The notes beneath the pieces were generated by a model. The model saw only the letters and a list, made by a program, of their open reading frames with translations. It did no database searches and was not told where the DNA came from. Position numbers and translations under genes: made by a program. 64,000 bases of DNA, from positions 72,353-136,352 of the forward strand of contig JBEULL010000004.1 of the NCBI GenBank assembly GCA_041287365.1, given 5' to 3'. This document shows, piece by piece, positions 1 to 10,274 of this stretch (position 1 is its first letter; every line of letters starts with the position of its first letter). Source of the stretch: Dissulfuribacterales bacterium (GTDB lineage Bacteria > Desulfobacterota > Dissulfuribacteria > Dissulfuribacterales > DYLC01).

Positions 1-444
1 TACGCGCCAGAGATTATCGAGGCCGCTGTGCGGGCAGGGTTTGACGATCCAGTGGACGCCATGATGCGCATAAAGGCGCTCACCGCCGTGCGTGTAAGCC
101 CTGATTTCGCCCCGCTAGGTCTGCTTTTCAAGCGTGTGATGAATATCTTAAAAGGCGCCGAGTCTGTCGGCGTTTTGAACGAGAAATTTCTTACAGAAGC
201 CGCCGAGATTGATTTGTATAAAACATATTCTGCCCTGAAAAGCGATGTAGTTCCATTGATGCAGAATAGAGAGTACGAGCAGGCCTTGAGAAGGCTTTTG
301 ATGATCAAACCTCAGATAGATGTTTTTTTTGACCATGTCATGGTTATGGTTGAGAATGTGGACATCAAAAATAATCGATTATGCCTGTTGCACGGCATAG
401 CCGAATTGTTTCTGCATATTGCTGATATGTCCGTAATCTCATAA
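1..444 (+). CDS. glyS: Glycine--tRNA ligase beta subunit, C-terminal fragment (5' end lies outside the window)
   Basis: The frame is open from base 1 (YAPEIIEAAVRAGFDDPVDAMMRIKAL...). The C-terminal helical region is GlyS-like. Stop TAA at 442-444. Confidence 0.75.
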   Translation, partial: YAPEIIEAAVRAGFDDPVDAMMRIKALTAVRVSPDFAPLGLLFKRVMNILKGAESVGVLNEKFLTEAAEIDLYKTYSALKSDVVPLMQNREYEQALRRLLMIKPQIDVFFDHVMVMVENVDIKNNRLCLLHGIAELFLHIADMSVIS

Positions 445-512
445 CAATTGCATGACCGGAAGCAGTTGGTTGAAAGCTTGTTTTTTCAAATTAGCTTCTG
501 GATAAGGCAGAA

Positions 513-2345
513 ATGACTATTTTAACAATGAAAAAAAGCTGGATTGTATTGTTTGTTGTCTGTATGTTGTTCTGTATTGCAAGTTGTGCAGAAAAAAGTG
601 AACAGGGGGTATCGGAGCACCGGCAGATCAGTCAAAAGGAGTTCACTGCCGAGCATCATGTTTCGGAGATGCCGTCTTCGGAGAAGGAAACAGCCTCCAA
701 AATTTCCAAACTGCCTTCCCTGTCTGCCATAGACACATCCAATATGTCTCCTCAAGAGATATTAAACCGTGCGGAGGCCTTTTATGAAAAGGGCAAGACG
801 CTCTGGGAGCAGAACAAGCGCGAGGAGGCCTTGGCCCATTTCGATCAGGCCTATGTGCTGATCGTGCAAGTGGATGAGACTAGTGCTCCGGATGTGTTGG
901 AAAGGAAAAACACCCTGCGCCTGGCGCTTTCAAAGCGTATTCAGGAGATAAACGCCGCTATGTGCCGAACGGTCAAAGGCCCCGGTTGCGCCATTCCCCT
1001 CACTCTCAATGCAGATGTGCAGCGGGAGATAGATCTGATCTTAGGCCCAAACAGAAAATGGTTTCTGGAGAGCTATAAACGGGCCGGAAGATATCATGAT
1101 TATATCGCCAACGCCTTTCGTGATGCAGGGCTTCCGGAGGAGCTTGCCTGGCTTCCCCTGATAGAGAGTGGTTACAATACGCGTGCCCTGTCTCCGGCGC
1201 ATGCCTTAGGACTCTGGCAGTTCATAGATTCCACGGGAAGGCGTTTCGGCCTGGAAAGAAATGCCTGGGTGGATGAACGCATGGATCCTGAAAAGTCAAC
1301 GCAGGCGGCTATTTCGTATCTCAAAAGCCTGCACGAGATGTTCGGTGATTGGACCACTGTGCTCGCGGCCTACAACTGCGGTGAAGGTCTGGTGGCCCGT
1401 ACAATTCAAAAGCAGAAGATCAACTATATGGATAACTTCTGGGATCTGTACCGTCAATTGCCTGAGGAAAGCGCCCGTTTTGTGCCGAAATTTCTGGCTG
1501 TGCTACATGTGATCAACAATCCGGAGCGTTACAACATAGACCTCAGTGAGCAGCATGAGCCTCTGAATTATGAAACGGTCACACTGACCAAACAGGTGCA
1601 TCTGAAATCCATAGCCGATGAATTGGGTGTCTATTATAATGAGTTGCTATCTTTGAATCCGGCATTGCGTCAGGAGGTAACTCCCAATGTCCAGTATGAA
1701 TTGAAGGTGCCGGCCGGTAAAGGAGCGGAACTCATGGCCAAGTTGGACGATATTCCGGCATGGACCCCCGCCAGCCTGAAGAGACGTACTGAGACACAGA
1801 TCATTCAGGATGACTTTCAGCACCTGAATCGGGACAAGGGTACTAAACAGATTCGACATAGAGTGCAGAAAGGGGAGACCTTCTTCAGTATCGCGCAGAA
1901 ATATAAGGTGTCTGTGCTGGATTTGCTTACAGCGAACAATATGAAGGTCAATTCGAGCATAAAAACCGGCAGTATATTGAAGATCCCCTTGGATGTCCCC
2001 TCGTCCTCACATGATAAAAAGACCGCCACGTACGCCTCTTCAAAGGCGTCGAAACCCGATACTCATGTCGAAAAGATTGCAGAAGACCGCCATGATTCAC
2101 GCAATACAGCAACGGTACACAACAGCAAAAAGCCAGCTGAAGCCGCCAAAAAGCCAGTTGAATCCCAGAAACAGGAGGCCAGGCAGGAGAAGAAGGCTGT
2201 GCCGGCTACTCATACGGTGCAGGCAGGCGACACCCTCTTCAGCATAGCACGCAGGAACAATCTGCCGCTGGAGCGCCTGCTGGAACTCAACAAGCTGCAT
2301 CGTGACTCACGCATAGCGGCAGGTCAGACCCTGAGACTGAATTAA
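513..2345 (+). CDS. Membrane-bound lytic murein transglycosylase (MltD-like) with C-terminal LysM domains; probable lipoprotein
   Basis: SLT-domain motif LPLIESGYNTRALSPAHALGLWQF...AAYNCGEG. Two LysM-like repeats (HRVQKGETFFSIAQKY..., HTVQAGDTLFSIARRN...). Lipobox-like CIASC in the N-terminal signal. An alternative start exists at ATG 528. Confidence 0.85.
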   Translation: MTILTMKKSWIVLFVVCMLFCIASCAEKSEQGVSEHRQISQKEFTAEHHVSEMPSSEKETASKISKLPSLSAIDTSNMSPQEILNRAEAFYEKGKTLWEQNKREEALAHFDQAYVLIVQVDETSAPDVLERKNTLRLALSKRIQEINAAMCRTVKGPGCAIPLTLNADVQREIDLILGPNRKWFLESYKRAGRYHDYIANAFRDAGLPEELAWLPLIESGYNTRALSPAHALGLWQFIDSTGRRFGLERNAWVDERMDPEKSTQAAISYLKSLHEMFGDWTTVLAAYNCGEGLVARTIQKQKINYMDNFWDLYRQLPEESARFVPKFLAVLHVINNPERYNIDLSEQHEPLNYETVTLTKQVHLKSIADELGVYYNELLSLNPALRQEVTPNVQYELKVPAGKGAELMAKLDDIPAWTPASLKRRTETQIIQDDFQHLNRDKGTKQIRHRVQKGETFFSIAQKYKVSVLDLLTANNMKVNSSIKTGSILKIPLDVPSSSHDKKTATYASSKASKPDTHVEKIAEDRHDSRNTATVHNSKKPAEAAKKPVESQKQEARQEKKAVPATHTVQAGDTLFSIARRNNLPLERLLELNKLHRDSRIAAGQTLRLN

Positions 2346-3686
2346 ATGGATAGCATATCGATTGTTGGAGGCGGTCTGGCAGGGTCGGAGGCGGCCTGGC
2401 AGCTGGCTGCTCGCGGCATTCCTGTTCAGCTCTTCGAGATGAAACCCATTGCCTTTTCGCCTGCGCACAAAAGTCCGTTGTTGGGGGAGCTGGTGTGCAG
2501 CAACTCCCTTCGTTCCGATGACATAACTTCTGCCGTGGGATTGTTGAAGGAAGAGATGCGTCTGGCCGGTTCACTCATCATGCAGGCCGCTGAGGCGGCG
2601 CGAGTGCCAGCAGGCAAGGCGTTGGCCGTGGATCGGGAGCTTTTCGCCGAATATATTACAGAGAGGATCGAGCATCACCCGCTGATCAGCATCAGGCGTA
2701 ATGAGGTGATTGCCGTTCCTGCCCTAGGATGGACCATCCTGGCCACAGGCCCTCTGACCTCCGACTCATTGGCACAGGGACTGAAAAGATTGCTCGGCGA
2801 GGAATATCTTTATTTTTATGATGCCATTGCACCGATTGTGTCTGCGGATTCTCTGGATCATACCGTCATATTCCGCCAGTCTCGTTACGACAGCTCGCCG
2901 GCTTCCACAGGTGATTACCTGAATTGTCCCATGGACATGGCGCAATATGAAGCGTTTGTCCAGGCGCTTCTGAGCGCCGAGAAGACTCCATTAAAACCTT
3001 TTGAACGCCCTGTATATTTTGAGGGTTGCCTTCCCATTGAGGTCATGGCCGAACGGGGGCCGGAAACCCTGCGATTCGGGCCCATGAAACCTGTAGGCCT
3101 GATAGACCCTCGCACCGGCCGGTCTCCTTATGCCGTGGTGCAATTACGTCAGGAAAATCTTGCAGGCGACATGTACAACATGGTGGGATTTCAGACCAAG
3201 CTCAAGTGGCCGGAGCAGGCCCGAGTTTTTCGTATGATACCAGGTATGGAACATGCCGAATTTCTGCGTTTCGGCAGTATTCATCGCAATACCTTCATCT
3301 GTGCTCCTAAAGTGCTTTCTTCTGCGCTTCAGATAAAAACTCACCCGCAGATATTGCTGGCAGGTCAGTTGAGCGGAGTGGAGGGCTATGTAGAGTCAAC
3401 TGCCGTGGGTTGGATGGCAGGCGTATTCGCAGCCTGTCTTGTGAGAGGGGTTGTTCCGCCCTGTCCCTCACACGAGACGGCGCATGGCGCCCTGTTGCAT
3501 CACCTTTTGCACTCCAAGCCCGAACATTTTCAGCCCATGAACATCAATTTCGGCCTGTTTGCCCCGTTACCAGGTCGTTGTGCAAAGGCTAAACGGGGTG
3601 AGGCCTACTCCAGACGGGGGTTGACCGCCTGGCGGACATTTTTGAGACAGGTGGCTGAGGTGGCTCCGGTGCAGTCAGGGCTGTGA
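2346..3686 (+). CDS. trmFO: Methylenetetrahydrofolate--tRNA-(uracil-5-)-methyltransferase TrmFO
   Basis: N-terminal FAD fold [16 protein letters not shown]. Family-typical blocks [13 protein letters not shown]-like [15 protein letters not shown] and [10 protein letters not shown]. Length 446 aa. Confidence 0.9.
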   Translation: MDSISIVGGGLAGSEAAWQLAARGIPVQLFEMKPIAFSPAHKSPLLGELVCSNSLRSDDITSAVGLLKEEMRLAGSLIMQAAEAARVPAGKALAVDRELFAEYITERIEHHPLISIRRNEVIAVPALGWTILATGPLTSDSLAQGLKRLLGEEYLYFYDAIAPIVSADSLDHTVIFRQSRYDSSPASTGDYLNCPMDMAQYEAFVQALLSAEKTPLKPFERPVYFEGCLPIEVMAERGPETLRFGPMKPVGLIDPRTGRSPYAVVQLRQENLAGDMYNMVGFQTKLKWPEQARVFRMIPGMEHAEFLRFGSIHRNTFICAPKVLSSALQIKTHPQILLAGQLSGVEGYVESTAVGWMAGVFAACLVRGVVPPCPSHETAHGALLHHLLHSKPEHFQPMNINFGLFAPLPGRCAKAKRGEAYSRRGLTAWRTFLRQVAEVAPVQSGL

Positions 3687-3749
3687 GCGTTTTGTTGTCG
3701 GCTGTTTTAGGCATGGCGAGGATCAACAAACATTTAGAGGTGTCGCCTA

Positions 3750-3775
3750 CCATCCCTTCAATGGATGGGATTTTT
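3750..3775 (+). terminator. Putative intrinsic terminator after trmFO
   Basis: CCATCC (3750-3755) pairs with GGATGG (3763-3768) around a 7-nt loop, followed by GATTTTT. Confidence 0.4.
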
Positions 3776-3823
3776 ACCGCTGACGTCTTTTAGTTTTTTG
3801 AGCTAAGTGGCGATAAATATTAC

Positions 3824-4249
3824 ATGGATCCCAAAGGCATTGATTTACTGAACATCACGCCTGTGCTCATAACTCAGGCCATCAAGACCGACAGAAAGCT
3901 CCCTCAGGTTATAAAGCCGGTGGAGCAGAGCGGAAAATCCGAGTTGCGCTCCAACATGGAAAGGGCAGATAGAGAGGTCTTGTTTCTGCACCCAAATGCC
4001 TATGATGAACAGTTGCGTCAGAAATTACAGACCCTGGCAAAGATTCTACAACAACGTTTCAGCAAAAAGTGGAAGAAGAAGGTATCCCTGAGATGGAAGT
4101 GGCAGTCGAATAAGACTCTGCTTTGCGTGGAAATTATCAATACAGAGACTGGCGAATTGCTGGAAGAGGCGCCCCTCAACGAGCTTTTGATCGGACTGGA
4201 TATGTCGGATTCCTCATTGCACGGCCTTCTGCTCAACAAGACGGTTTGA
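3824..4249 (+). CDS. FlaG-like flagellar protein (putative)
   Basis: The C-terminal block LLCVEIINTETGELLEEAPLNELL resembles the FlaG signature (..V.VID..TGEVIR.IP.EE.L). Size 141 aa. Assigned by motif recall only. Confidence 0.45.
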   Translation: MDPKGIDLLNITPVLITQAIKTDRKLPQVIKPVEQSGKSELRSNMERADREVLFLHPNAYDEQLRQKLQTLAKILQQRFSKKWKKKVSLRWKWQSNKTLLCVEIINTETGELLEEAPLNELLIGLDMSDSSLHGLLLNKTV

Positions 4250-4259
4250 GACTGTTACT

Positions 4260-6005
4260 TCACTCTTGCTGAATGGTGTTCAGTTTCTCTCTGGCCCAGT
4301 CCATCTCCGGTTCCAGTTCCAGGGCCATTTCCAGCCATCTGGCGGCAGGCGCCTTCATGCCCATGGCTGCCAGATTGACGCCGATGTTGGCATAATCCGT
4401 CGCAGATGTGGGATCCAATTCTATAGCCTTTTCGAATGCCTCCACAGCCGCGGCATACTCGCCCTTTTTGTAATGACAATAACCCAGTAGGTTGTGGACT
4501 TCTTTCAGGTCGGCGTTCAACGCCTTTGCTGCATTCAATGCGGAGATGGCTTCATCGAAGCGCTGCATCTCCTTCAGGGAATTACCTATATGGCAGTGAA
4601 TGCTGGCCAACTCGTTAGAGTCTGGGTTTGAGGCAAGGGCGGCTCGATAGTGTTCGAGGGCGAGTTCAGGCCTGTTCAGGCGCTCTCTGGCATAGCCCAG
4701 GTAAAAATGAATGAAATAGCGGTCAGGGTACAGGCGCTGCAGGTGCAGAAGACATGTTACTGCCTGTTCAGGCGGCATGTGTGCTGTGAGCCGGGCCATG
4801 TGAAAGGCAGGGTCTATTTGAAACGCCCTTTCTTGAAAGTGGTTGCCCGGCAGAATTGCATAGACCGTTGGAATGCCGAGCCTTGGATGAGAGATATCCA
4901 CAAGATATACGGGAATTCCGATCTTTTTCAGGCTTGCGCAGGCATTTTCGATCTCGACTCTGAAGTTGTCGCATGAGATGTCGGGCAGTTCATCCATACA
5001 GCAGATTTTGTCGAACTCAAGCACATACGCCGCTTCTTCGTGAGTGGCGAATTTGGGCAGTCCGCTTTCCACATACCGGCCCTCGGTCTCGAAATCTCCA
5101 GCCAGTTGGGCGACTTCTGTCAGACAGCGAATCAAGGCTCGTTCCGGGTGAGGGGCAGTGCCCGCGGTATAGACGATCTCGCTTCTGTGAGGATAAGTCG
5201 AGGGGTCCCATGCAATGGCTCCGATGGTGGGAATGCCCGTATTCAGGGAAAAATCCTTCAGTACCACTTGAACACCCCTGGCGGCAAACTTGTCCAGCAG
5301 GTCGCGGGCCGTAGGGTCCTTGACCGAAGCGGCGTCTATGAGTGGAGTGGTCAGACGCTCTCTGCTTATGACAGCGCACACATGCCGTTCCACGACCTCG
5401 CAGATGGCCTGAATGGCGGCCTCTTCTCTGCAATTGCCGGCGGCGGAGCCGTTATATTCATTTATCTGCCAGAACCATGACCACGGCACATGGAAGAAAC
5501 GATTTTTGTCGGGCCGGAATGCCTTGACCCAACGCATGGGAAAGATATCGAGCAAGGACTGAATATTCGACAGTTCCCTGTCAATATCGACAGCCGCAGG
5601 TGCGGCGGCATGCCAGTTCAGGGATTGCAGGAGTTCTTCACAGGGTATTGCCGCTGTGTCAGTAGAAAGCTCAGTTATTACGAGGTGTTCACCTGTTTCA
5701 TGAAAACTGAAAAGGCTGTATCTCTCGGCCAGCTCCATGAGGGCGCTGGCCTCTGCCTGGGCTGGAGTGGCGCCCTTGCCCATCTGTTTACGAGTGTGCG
5801 TCAGTCTGGCGGCCTCCGGCGTGTAACGGCTGATATAGACCGGAATACCAAGCCTGCCTTTGTCGATGCGTTCCACTTGTTGCAAAACGGGTTCGTTCAG
5901 GGCGTTGAAAAGACGGTAAGCGCGTTCGACAGTCTGCTCCGGCGCAGTGATCTTGTCGATGCCGGAAGCCTGGTCTTTCGTGATATCTTGTAAAAAAGCG
6001 TTCAT
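4260..6005 (-). CDS. YcaO-domain protein fused to C-terminal TPR repeats
   Basis: YcaO hallmarks: GKGATPAQAEASALMELAERYS, NGSAAGNCREEAAIQAICEVVERH, PTIGAIAWD. The C-terminal ~170 aa are TPR-like (YYLGYARERLNRPELALEHYRAAL..., GYCHYKKGEYAAAVEAFEKAIELDP...). Confidence 0.85.
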   Translation of the reverse strand: MNAFLQDITKDQASGIDKITAPEQTVERAYRLFNALNEPVLQQVERIDKGRLGIPVYISRYTPEAARLTHTRKQMGKGATPAQAEASALMELAERYSLFSFHETGEHLVITELSTDTAAIPCEELLQSLNWHAAAPAAVDIDRELSNIQSLLDIFPMRWVKAFRPDKNRFFHVPWSWFWQINEYNGSAAGNCREEAAIQAICEVVERHVCAVISRERLTTPLIDAASVKDPTARDLLDKFAARGVQVVLKDFSLNTGIPTIGAIAWDPSTYPHRSEIVYTAGTAPHPERALIRCLTEVAQLAGDFETEGRYVESGLPKFATHEEAAYVLEFDKICCMDELPDISCDNFRVEIENACASLKKIGIPVYLVDISHPRLGIPTVYAILPGNHFQERAFQIDPAFHMARLTAHMPPEQAVTCLLHLQRLYPDRYFIHFYLGYARERLNRPELALEHYRAALASNPDSNELASIHCHIGNSLKEMQRFDEAISALNAAKALNADLKEVHNLLGYCHYKKGEYAAAVEAFEKAIELDPTSATDYANIGVNLAAMGMKAPAARWLEMALELEPEMDWAREKLNTIQQE

Positions 6006-6011
6006 GAGAGC

Positions 6012-6500
6012 TCAGTCTATAAATCTTTCCAAGGTATTCTTGATGATTCTTTCTGCCTCGAACCAGTCTCGCAGCTCGTCTCCTTCTTGCATGTCGCGCG
6101 AGAGATAGATGGAGTATGCGATGCCGGTGGTCCAGTTGGTCATAACCTCCTGGACGCTGACTGCATGAAATTGCAGCGAAACCATGGGGTTGCCCGAAGG
6201 ACCCTGAATGTTCAGACCCACAAGGGGATCCTGCAGGTCGTCATCCTTTACCAGATAGACGGCGCGAGGGGACTCGACCGAGTGTACAAGACGGCCTGGT
6301 TCAGCCGGATTGGATTCCCCCGCGTATATCTCTATCTTGTTTGCATTGGGCTCATAGACTATGCCCAGAAAAACGGCACCTGAGGCATTGAGATTGTCTC
6401 CTTCCATGAGATCAAATCTGCGGCACTGGTTCTGCCGGTTGAAGTCCTTCAGAAAAGTTGACCATTCCCCTTTTACGATGCGGAACTTTTTGACTGGCAT
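6012..6500 (-). CDS. Hypothetical protein, DUF5335-like N-domain plus DUF2934-like C-terminal motif
   Basis: 162 aa. The C-terminus IAYSIYLSRDMQEGDELRDWFEAERII matches the DUF2934 pattern (AY.lW...G...G..l.DW..AE). The N-terminal part is assigned by recalled pattern only. It starts 6 nt upstream of the YcaO gene and 29 nt downstream of the EF-G paralog. Confidence 0.5.
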   Translation of the reverse strand: MPVKKFRIVKGEWSTFLKDFNRQNQCRRFDLMEGDNLNASGAVFLGIVYEPNANKIEIYAGESNPAEPGRLVHSVESPRAVYLVKDDDLQDPLVGLNIQGPSGNPMVSLQFHAVSVQEVMTNWTTGIAYSIYLSRDMQEGDELRDWFEAERIIKNTLERFID

Positions 6501-6529
6501 GACATACCTCCTGGTTGAAGTTGAAGCGG

Positions 6530-8572
6530 TTAGCGGTTCATTACAGGTTCATAGTGAGAAAACACCATGGTGAAACTGGCACGGCCCTGGCTCAGAGAGC
6601 GAATGGCCGTGGAATATCCGAACATTCGGGCAAGTGGGGCTATGGCCCGAATAATCTGTGTGTTCCCTTTGGGTTCTATGAAATCCACTTTGCCTCCTCT
6701 GGAATTCATATCGCCTATGAGCTCGCCGAGATACTGGTCCGGTGTCAGGATCTCGACTCTCATAACCGGTTCCAGCAGGGTCGGCGACGCCTTTTCGCAG
6801 GCATGACGGAGGGCCATGGAGGCGGCGGCCTTCAGCGCTATTTCAGAGACCGTACCCTCCTGCAAGGTCACATTCATGAGGATTGCATGTACATCCAGCA
6901 TGGGATATCCCTGAACCACACCGCTTTCCAGTCCTTGCTCAAGTATCTCATGCAGGGCCTGTTCTATGGCCGGAGGCAGTGTGTCGGCTGAGATCAGCGT
7001 CGAGACCAGATTGCCTTCGCCTCGTTTTCGAGGTTTGACTCCCACGGTTACTCGGGCCCATTGGCGGCTGCCAGCTATCTCGCGATCGAACGTCTCTTCA
7101 TGCTCAGCCTCTGTGAGTATGGTTTCCCTGTAAACGACCTGTGGCTTGCCTGCTGTCACAGGGGCATTGAATTCCCTCATCAGGCGGTGAATCAGTACAT
7201 CCAGGTGCAGCTCTCCCATCCCTGAGATGATGGTCTGGCCTGTATCGGTATCCAATTTAACCTGAAAGGTCGGGTCTTCCTCCGCCAGTCTTTTAATGGC
7301 CTGCTCTACCTTCTCCTGGTCTGCGGTGGTCTTCGGCTCTATGGCTATGGAGATGACAGGTTGATATGCATCTATGGGTTCCAGCAGAATGGGCCGCGCC
7401 GGATCACAGATGGTGTGGCCAGTGGAGGTCTCCTTGAGGCCCATCACCGCCACGATGTCACCTGCTCGGGCATCTTCTATGCGTTCACGTCTGTTGGCGT
7501 GCATGCGAAAGATGCGGGATATCTTTTCTTTGATGCGCCTGGCCGGATTCAATACATCCGCTCCAACCTTCAAAATACCGGAATAGATGCGTATGTAGGT
7601 GAGTTTTCTGCCTTCTTCCATCTGAATCTTGAATGCAAGGGCGGTGAAGGGGGCGTCGTCCCGTGCCTCCCTGAGTTCCGGCACGCCAGTGTCAGGATTG
7701 TCCGCCTCAATGGGGGGGATGTCCAGTGGACTTGGCAGATATGCGGTCACACCGTCCAGAAGGGGTTGTACCCCCTTGTTTTTAAGGGCCGAACCGCAAA
7801 AAACCGGCACGCCCTTGAGTGCGATACATGCATTCCGAATGGCACGGTGCAGTTCCTGTTCTTCGATGGCTTCTTCAGCCAGATATTTCTCCATGATGCC
7901 GTCGTCCAGCTCGGCAACTGCTTCTATAAGGGCATTCCGCGCTGAAGTTATGCGTTCTTGCCAATCAGAAGGAATTGGCTGTTCTTCGAATGTGAGACCC
8001 TGATCGTTCTCGTGCCATTGAATGAATTTCATGCGTATCAGGTCGAACACGCCTGCAAAGGCGTCCTCGCTGCCACACGGTATGGTTATGACCAGGGGAT
8101 TTGCACTCAATTTATCCTTGAGTTGAGTTATGACACCGTCAAAATCAGCGCCGAGCCGGTCCATCTTGTTTATGAAAACCATCTTGGGCACACGATATTT
8201 GTCGGCCTGGCGCCAGACCGTTTCTGACTGCGGTTCCACTCCGCCGACGGCGCAGAACACACCTATTACGCCATCCAGCACGCGCAAGGAACGCTCCACT
8301 TCGATGGTGAAGTCCACATGCCCTGGAGTGTCGATGATGTGTATTTCCTTGCCCTGCCAGTAGCAGGTGGTGACCGCTGATGTGATGGTTATGCCGCGTT
8401 CCTGTTCCTCCGGCATCCAGTCCATGGTCGCCTGGCCGTCGTGCACCTCGCCGATCTTGTGCGTCTTTCCGGTATAGAACAGGATGCGTTCCGTAAGGGT
8501 GGTTTTGCCAGCATCGATGTGGGCGATGATGCCTATGTTGCGAATATTTTTGATTCTCGTTTCTCCAGCCAT
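6530..8572 (-). CDS. fusA: Elongation factor G paralog (EF-G2-type translational GTPase), not in an str-operon context
   Basis: G1 [10 protein letters not shown]3 DTPGH, NKMD, and EF-G domains II-V throughout. The preferred start is ATG 8572, preceded by GAGGA at a 5-nt spacer. The ORF track extends to TTG 8590. Confidence 0.9.
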   Translation of the reverse strand: MAGETRIKNIRNIGIIAHIDAGKTTLTERILFYTGKTHKIGEVHDGQATMDWMPEEQERGITITSAVTTCYWQGKEIHIIDTPGHVDFTIEVERSLRVLDGVIGVFCAVGGVEPQSETVWRQADKYRVPKMVFINKMDRLGADFDGVITQLKDKLSANPLVITIPCGSEDAFAGVFDLIRMKFIQWHENDQGLTFEEQPIPSDWQERITSARNALIEAVAELDDGIMEKYLAEEAIEEQELHRAIRNACIALKGVPVFCGSALKNKGVQPLLDGVTAYLPSPLDIPPIEADNPDTGVPELREARDDAPFTALAFKIQMEEGRKLTYIRIYSGILKVGADVLNPARRIKEKISRIFRMHANRRERIEDARAGDIVAVMGLKETSTGHTICDPARPILLEPIDAYQPVISIAIEPKTTADQEKVEQAIKRLAEEDPTFQVKLDTDTGQTIISGMGELHLDVLIHRLMREFNAPVTAGKPQVVYRETILTEAEHEETFDREIAGSRQWARVTVGVKPRKRGEGNLVSTLISADTLPPAIEQALHEILEQGLESGVVQGYPMLDVHAILMNVTLQEGTVSEIALKAAASMALRHACEKASPTLLEPVMRVEILTPDQYLGELIGDMNSRGGKVDFIEPKGNTQIIRAIAPLARMFGYSTAIRSLSQGRASFTMVFSHYEPVMNR

Positions 8573-8660
8573 GCAAATCCTCATTGACAAATAATCAATT
8601 GTTTATTTAACAAAAACTCATGAACAATACAATACAAATACAGGAAAATCAGGTTAAGAC

Positions 8661-9203
8661 ATGAAAACTATAATGGACATGAAAGAGATTGAAAGGGCCT
8701 TGACGCGTATGGCCCATGAGATCATAGAAGACAATCGGGGATGCAAAAACATAGCCCTTATCGGCATTCGTACAGGCGGTGTGCCCCTTGCTGAAAGGCT
8801 TTGTCAGAAGATAGCCGCTATAGAAGGTGTCAGGCCGAATACAGGTATTTTGGACATCACGCTTTATCGGGACGATTGGAGCCGTTTGAGCCAGCACCCC
8901 CTCGTAAAAAAGACGGAGATCGATTTTTCTTTGGACGACAAGACCGTAGTGCTGGTGGACGATGTCATATACACAGGCCGTACCATTCGGGCCGCCCTTG
9001 ATGCCATTACGGACATGGGCCGTCCCATAAAGATTCAACTGGCGGTCCTGGTGGATAGGGGCAGAAGGGAATTGCCCATTCAGCCGGATTATGTGGGGCT
9101 GGTGCTGGCCACTGCCAAGGACGAGCATGTGAATGTCTTTCTGAACGAGTTGGACGGCAGGGACGAGGTGGTGCTGGAATTGATCACTCCAAAAGCAGAT
9201 TAA
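8661..9203 (+). CDS. pyrR: Bifunctional pyr operon regulator / uracil phosphoribosyltransferase PyrR
   Basis: 180 aa. Blocks LIGIRTGGVPLAERL, LDITLYRDD and the PRPP motif VVLVDDVIYTGRTIRAAL. Confidence 0.9.
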   Translation: MKTIMDMKEIERALTRMAHEIIEDNRGCKNIALIGIRTGGVPLAERLCQKIAAIEGVRPNTGILDITLYRDDWSRLSQHPLVKKTEIDFSLDDKTVVLVDDVIYTGRTIRAALDAITDMGRPIKIQLAVLVDRGRRELPIQPDYVGLVLATAKDEHVNVFLNELDGRDEVVLELITPKAD

Positions 9204-9218
9204 AAGGTAAACGGTCAA

Positions 9219-10274
9219 GTGTCGAATATTTTACCGAATCTCTGTATAACCATGGGCTGCCCTGCCGGCATTGGGCCTGAGATTCTCGTAAAATCCCTGA
9301 CCTACGGGGCTGGGTCCAAATATCTTGATCACCTCCTTGTGGTTGGAGATGCGGGTATTTTGGAGGCTGCCGCTGCATCACTTGGCCTGTCTCTTCGAAT
9401 ACAGTGCGTTGCGGAAGGGAGATGCGATCAAAGGGGCAACGGGGGCGTCGCGGTACTGCCTGTCACTCAGTTGAAAGCCGATGGCACTGCCGGTGATTTT
9501 TCTGCCGGCCGACCCAATGCTGTAACAGGCAGGGCGTCTTATTCCTATGTCAAAAAGGCCCTGGAACTCTGTGATACAGGCGGTTTTTCTGGCATAGTGA
9601 CCTGTCCCATCAGCAAGATCGGGCTTCGCCTGGCTGGCATAGATGCTCCAGGGCATACGGAAATTTTGGCTTGGCATACAGGAATCAAGAGATTTGCCAT
9701 GATGCTGGCAGGTAGCAGTCTGCGGGTGGTGTTGGTCACTATTCATTGCGCTTTGCGGAATGTGGCGTCGCAACTTTCACAAGAGAAGGTGCTGGAAACC
9801 ATCTCCCTGACACATGATGCACTACAGATGGATTTCGGCATAGATGCCCCCCGCATTGCGGTGGCCGGGCTCAATCCTCACGCCGGTGAGTCAGGGATGT
9901 TTGGGAATGAAGAGGAACGCATTCTGGCGCCGGCCATCATGGAGGCGGTCAGACAGGGCATTCATGCCCTCGGGCCCTATCCGCCTGACACCGTTTTTCA
10001 TCGGGCTGCTCACGGTGAGTTTCATGCGGTGGTCTGCCAGTATCACGACCAGGGACTTATTCCATTCAAATTGCTGCATTTCGAGGACGGAGTCAATGTC
10101 ACTCTGGGTCTGCCCATCGTGCGCACATCCGTTGATCATGGCACCGCTTACGATATAGCAGGAAAGGGTATCGCGAATGAGGCCAGCCTGAATGCCGCGA
10201 TAGAAATAGCGTTCACCATGGCGATCAATCGCCGTAAGCGTCGGGAGCAGGAGGTAATCTATGGGAGAGGTTAG
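9219..10274 (+). CDS. pdxA: 4-hydroxythreonine-4-phosphate dehydrogenase PdxA
   Basis: Blocks ITMGCPAGIGPEI, APGHTEILA, AVAGLNPHAGE and VRTSVDHGTAYDIAGKG. GTG start. Confidence 0.9.
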   Translation: MSNILPNLCITMGCPAGIGPEILVKSLTYGAGSKYLDHLLVVGDAGILEAAAASLGLSLRIQCVAEGRCDQRGNGGVAVLPVTQLKADGTAGDFSAGRPNAVTGRASYSYVKKALELCDTGGFSGIVTCPISKIGLRLAGIDAPGHTEILAWHTGIKRFAMMLAGSSLRVVLVTIHCALRNVASQLSQEKVLETISLTHDALQMDFGIDAPRIAVAGLNPHAGESGMFGNEEERILAPAIMEAVRQGIHALGPYPPDTVFHRAAHGEFHAVVCQYHDQGLIPFKLLHFEDGVNVTLGLPIVRTSVDHGTAYDIAGKGIANEASLNAAIEIAFTMAINRRKRREQEVIYGRG

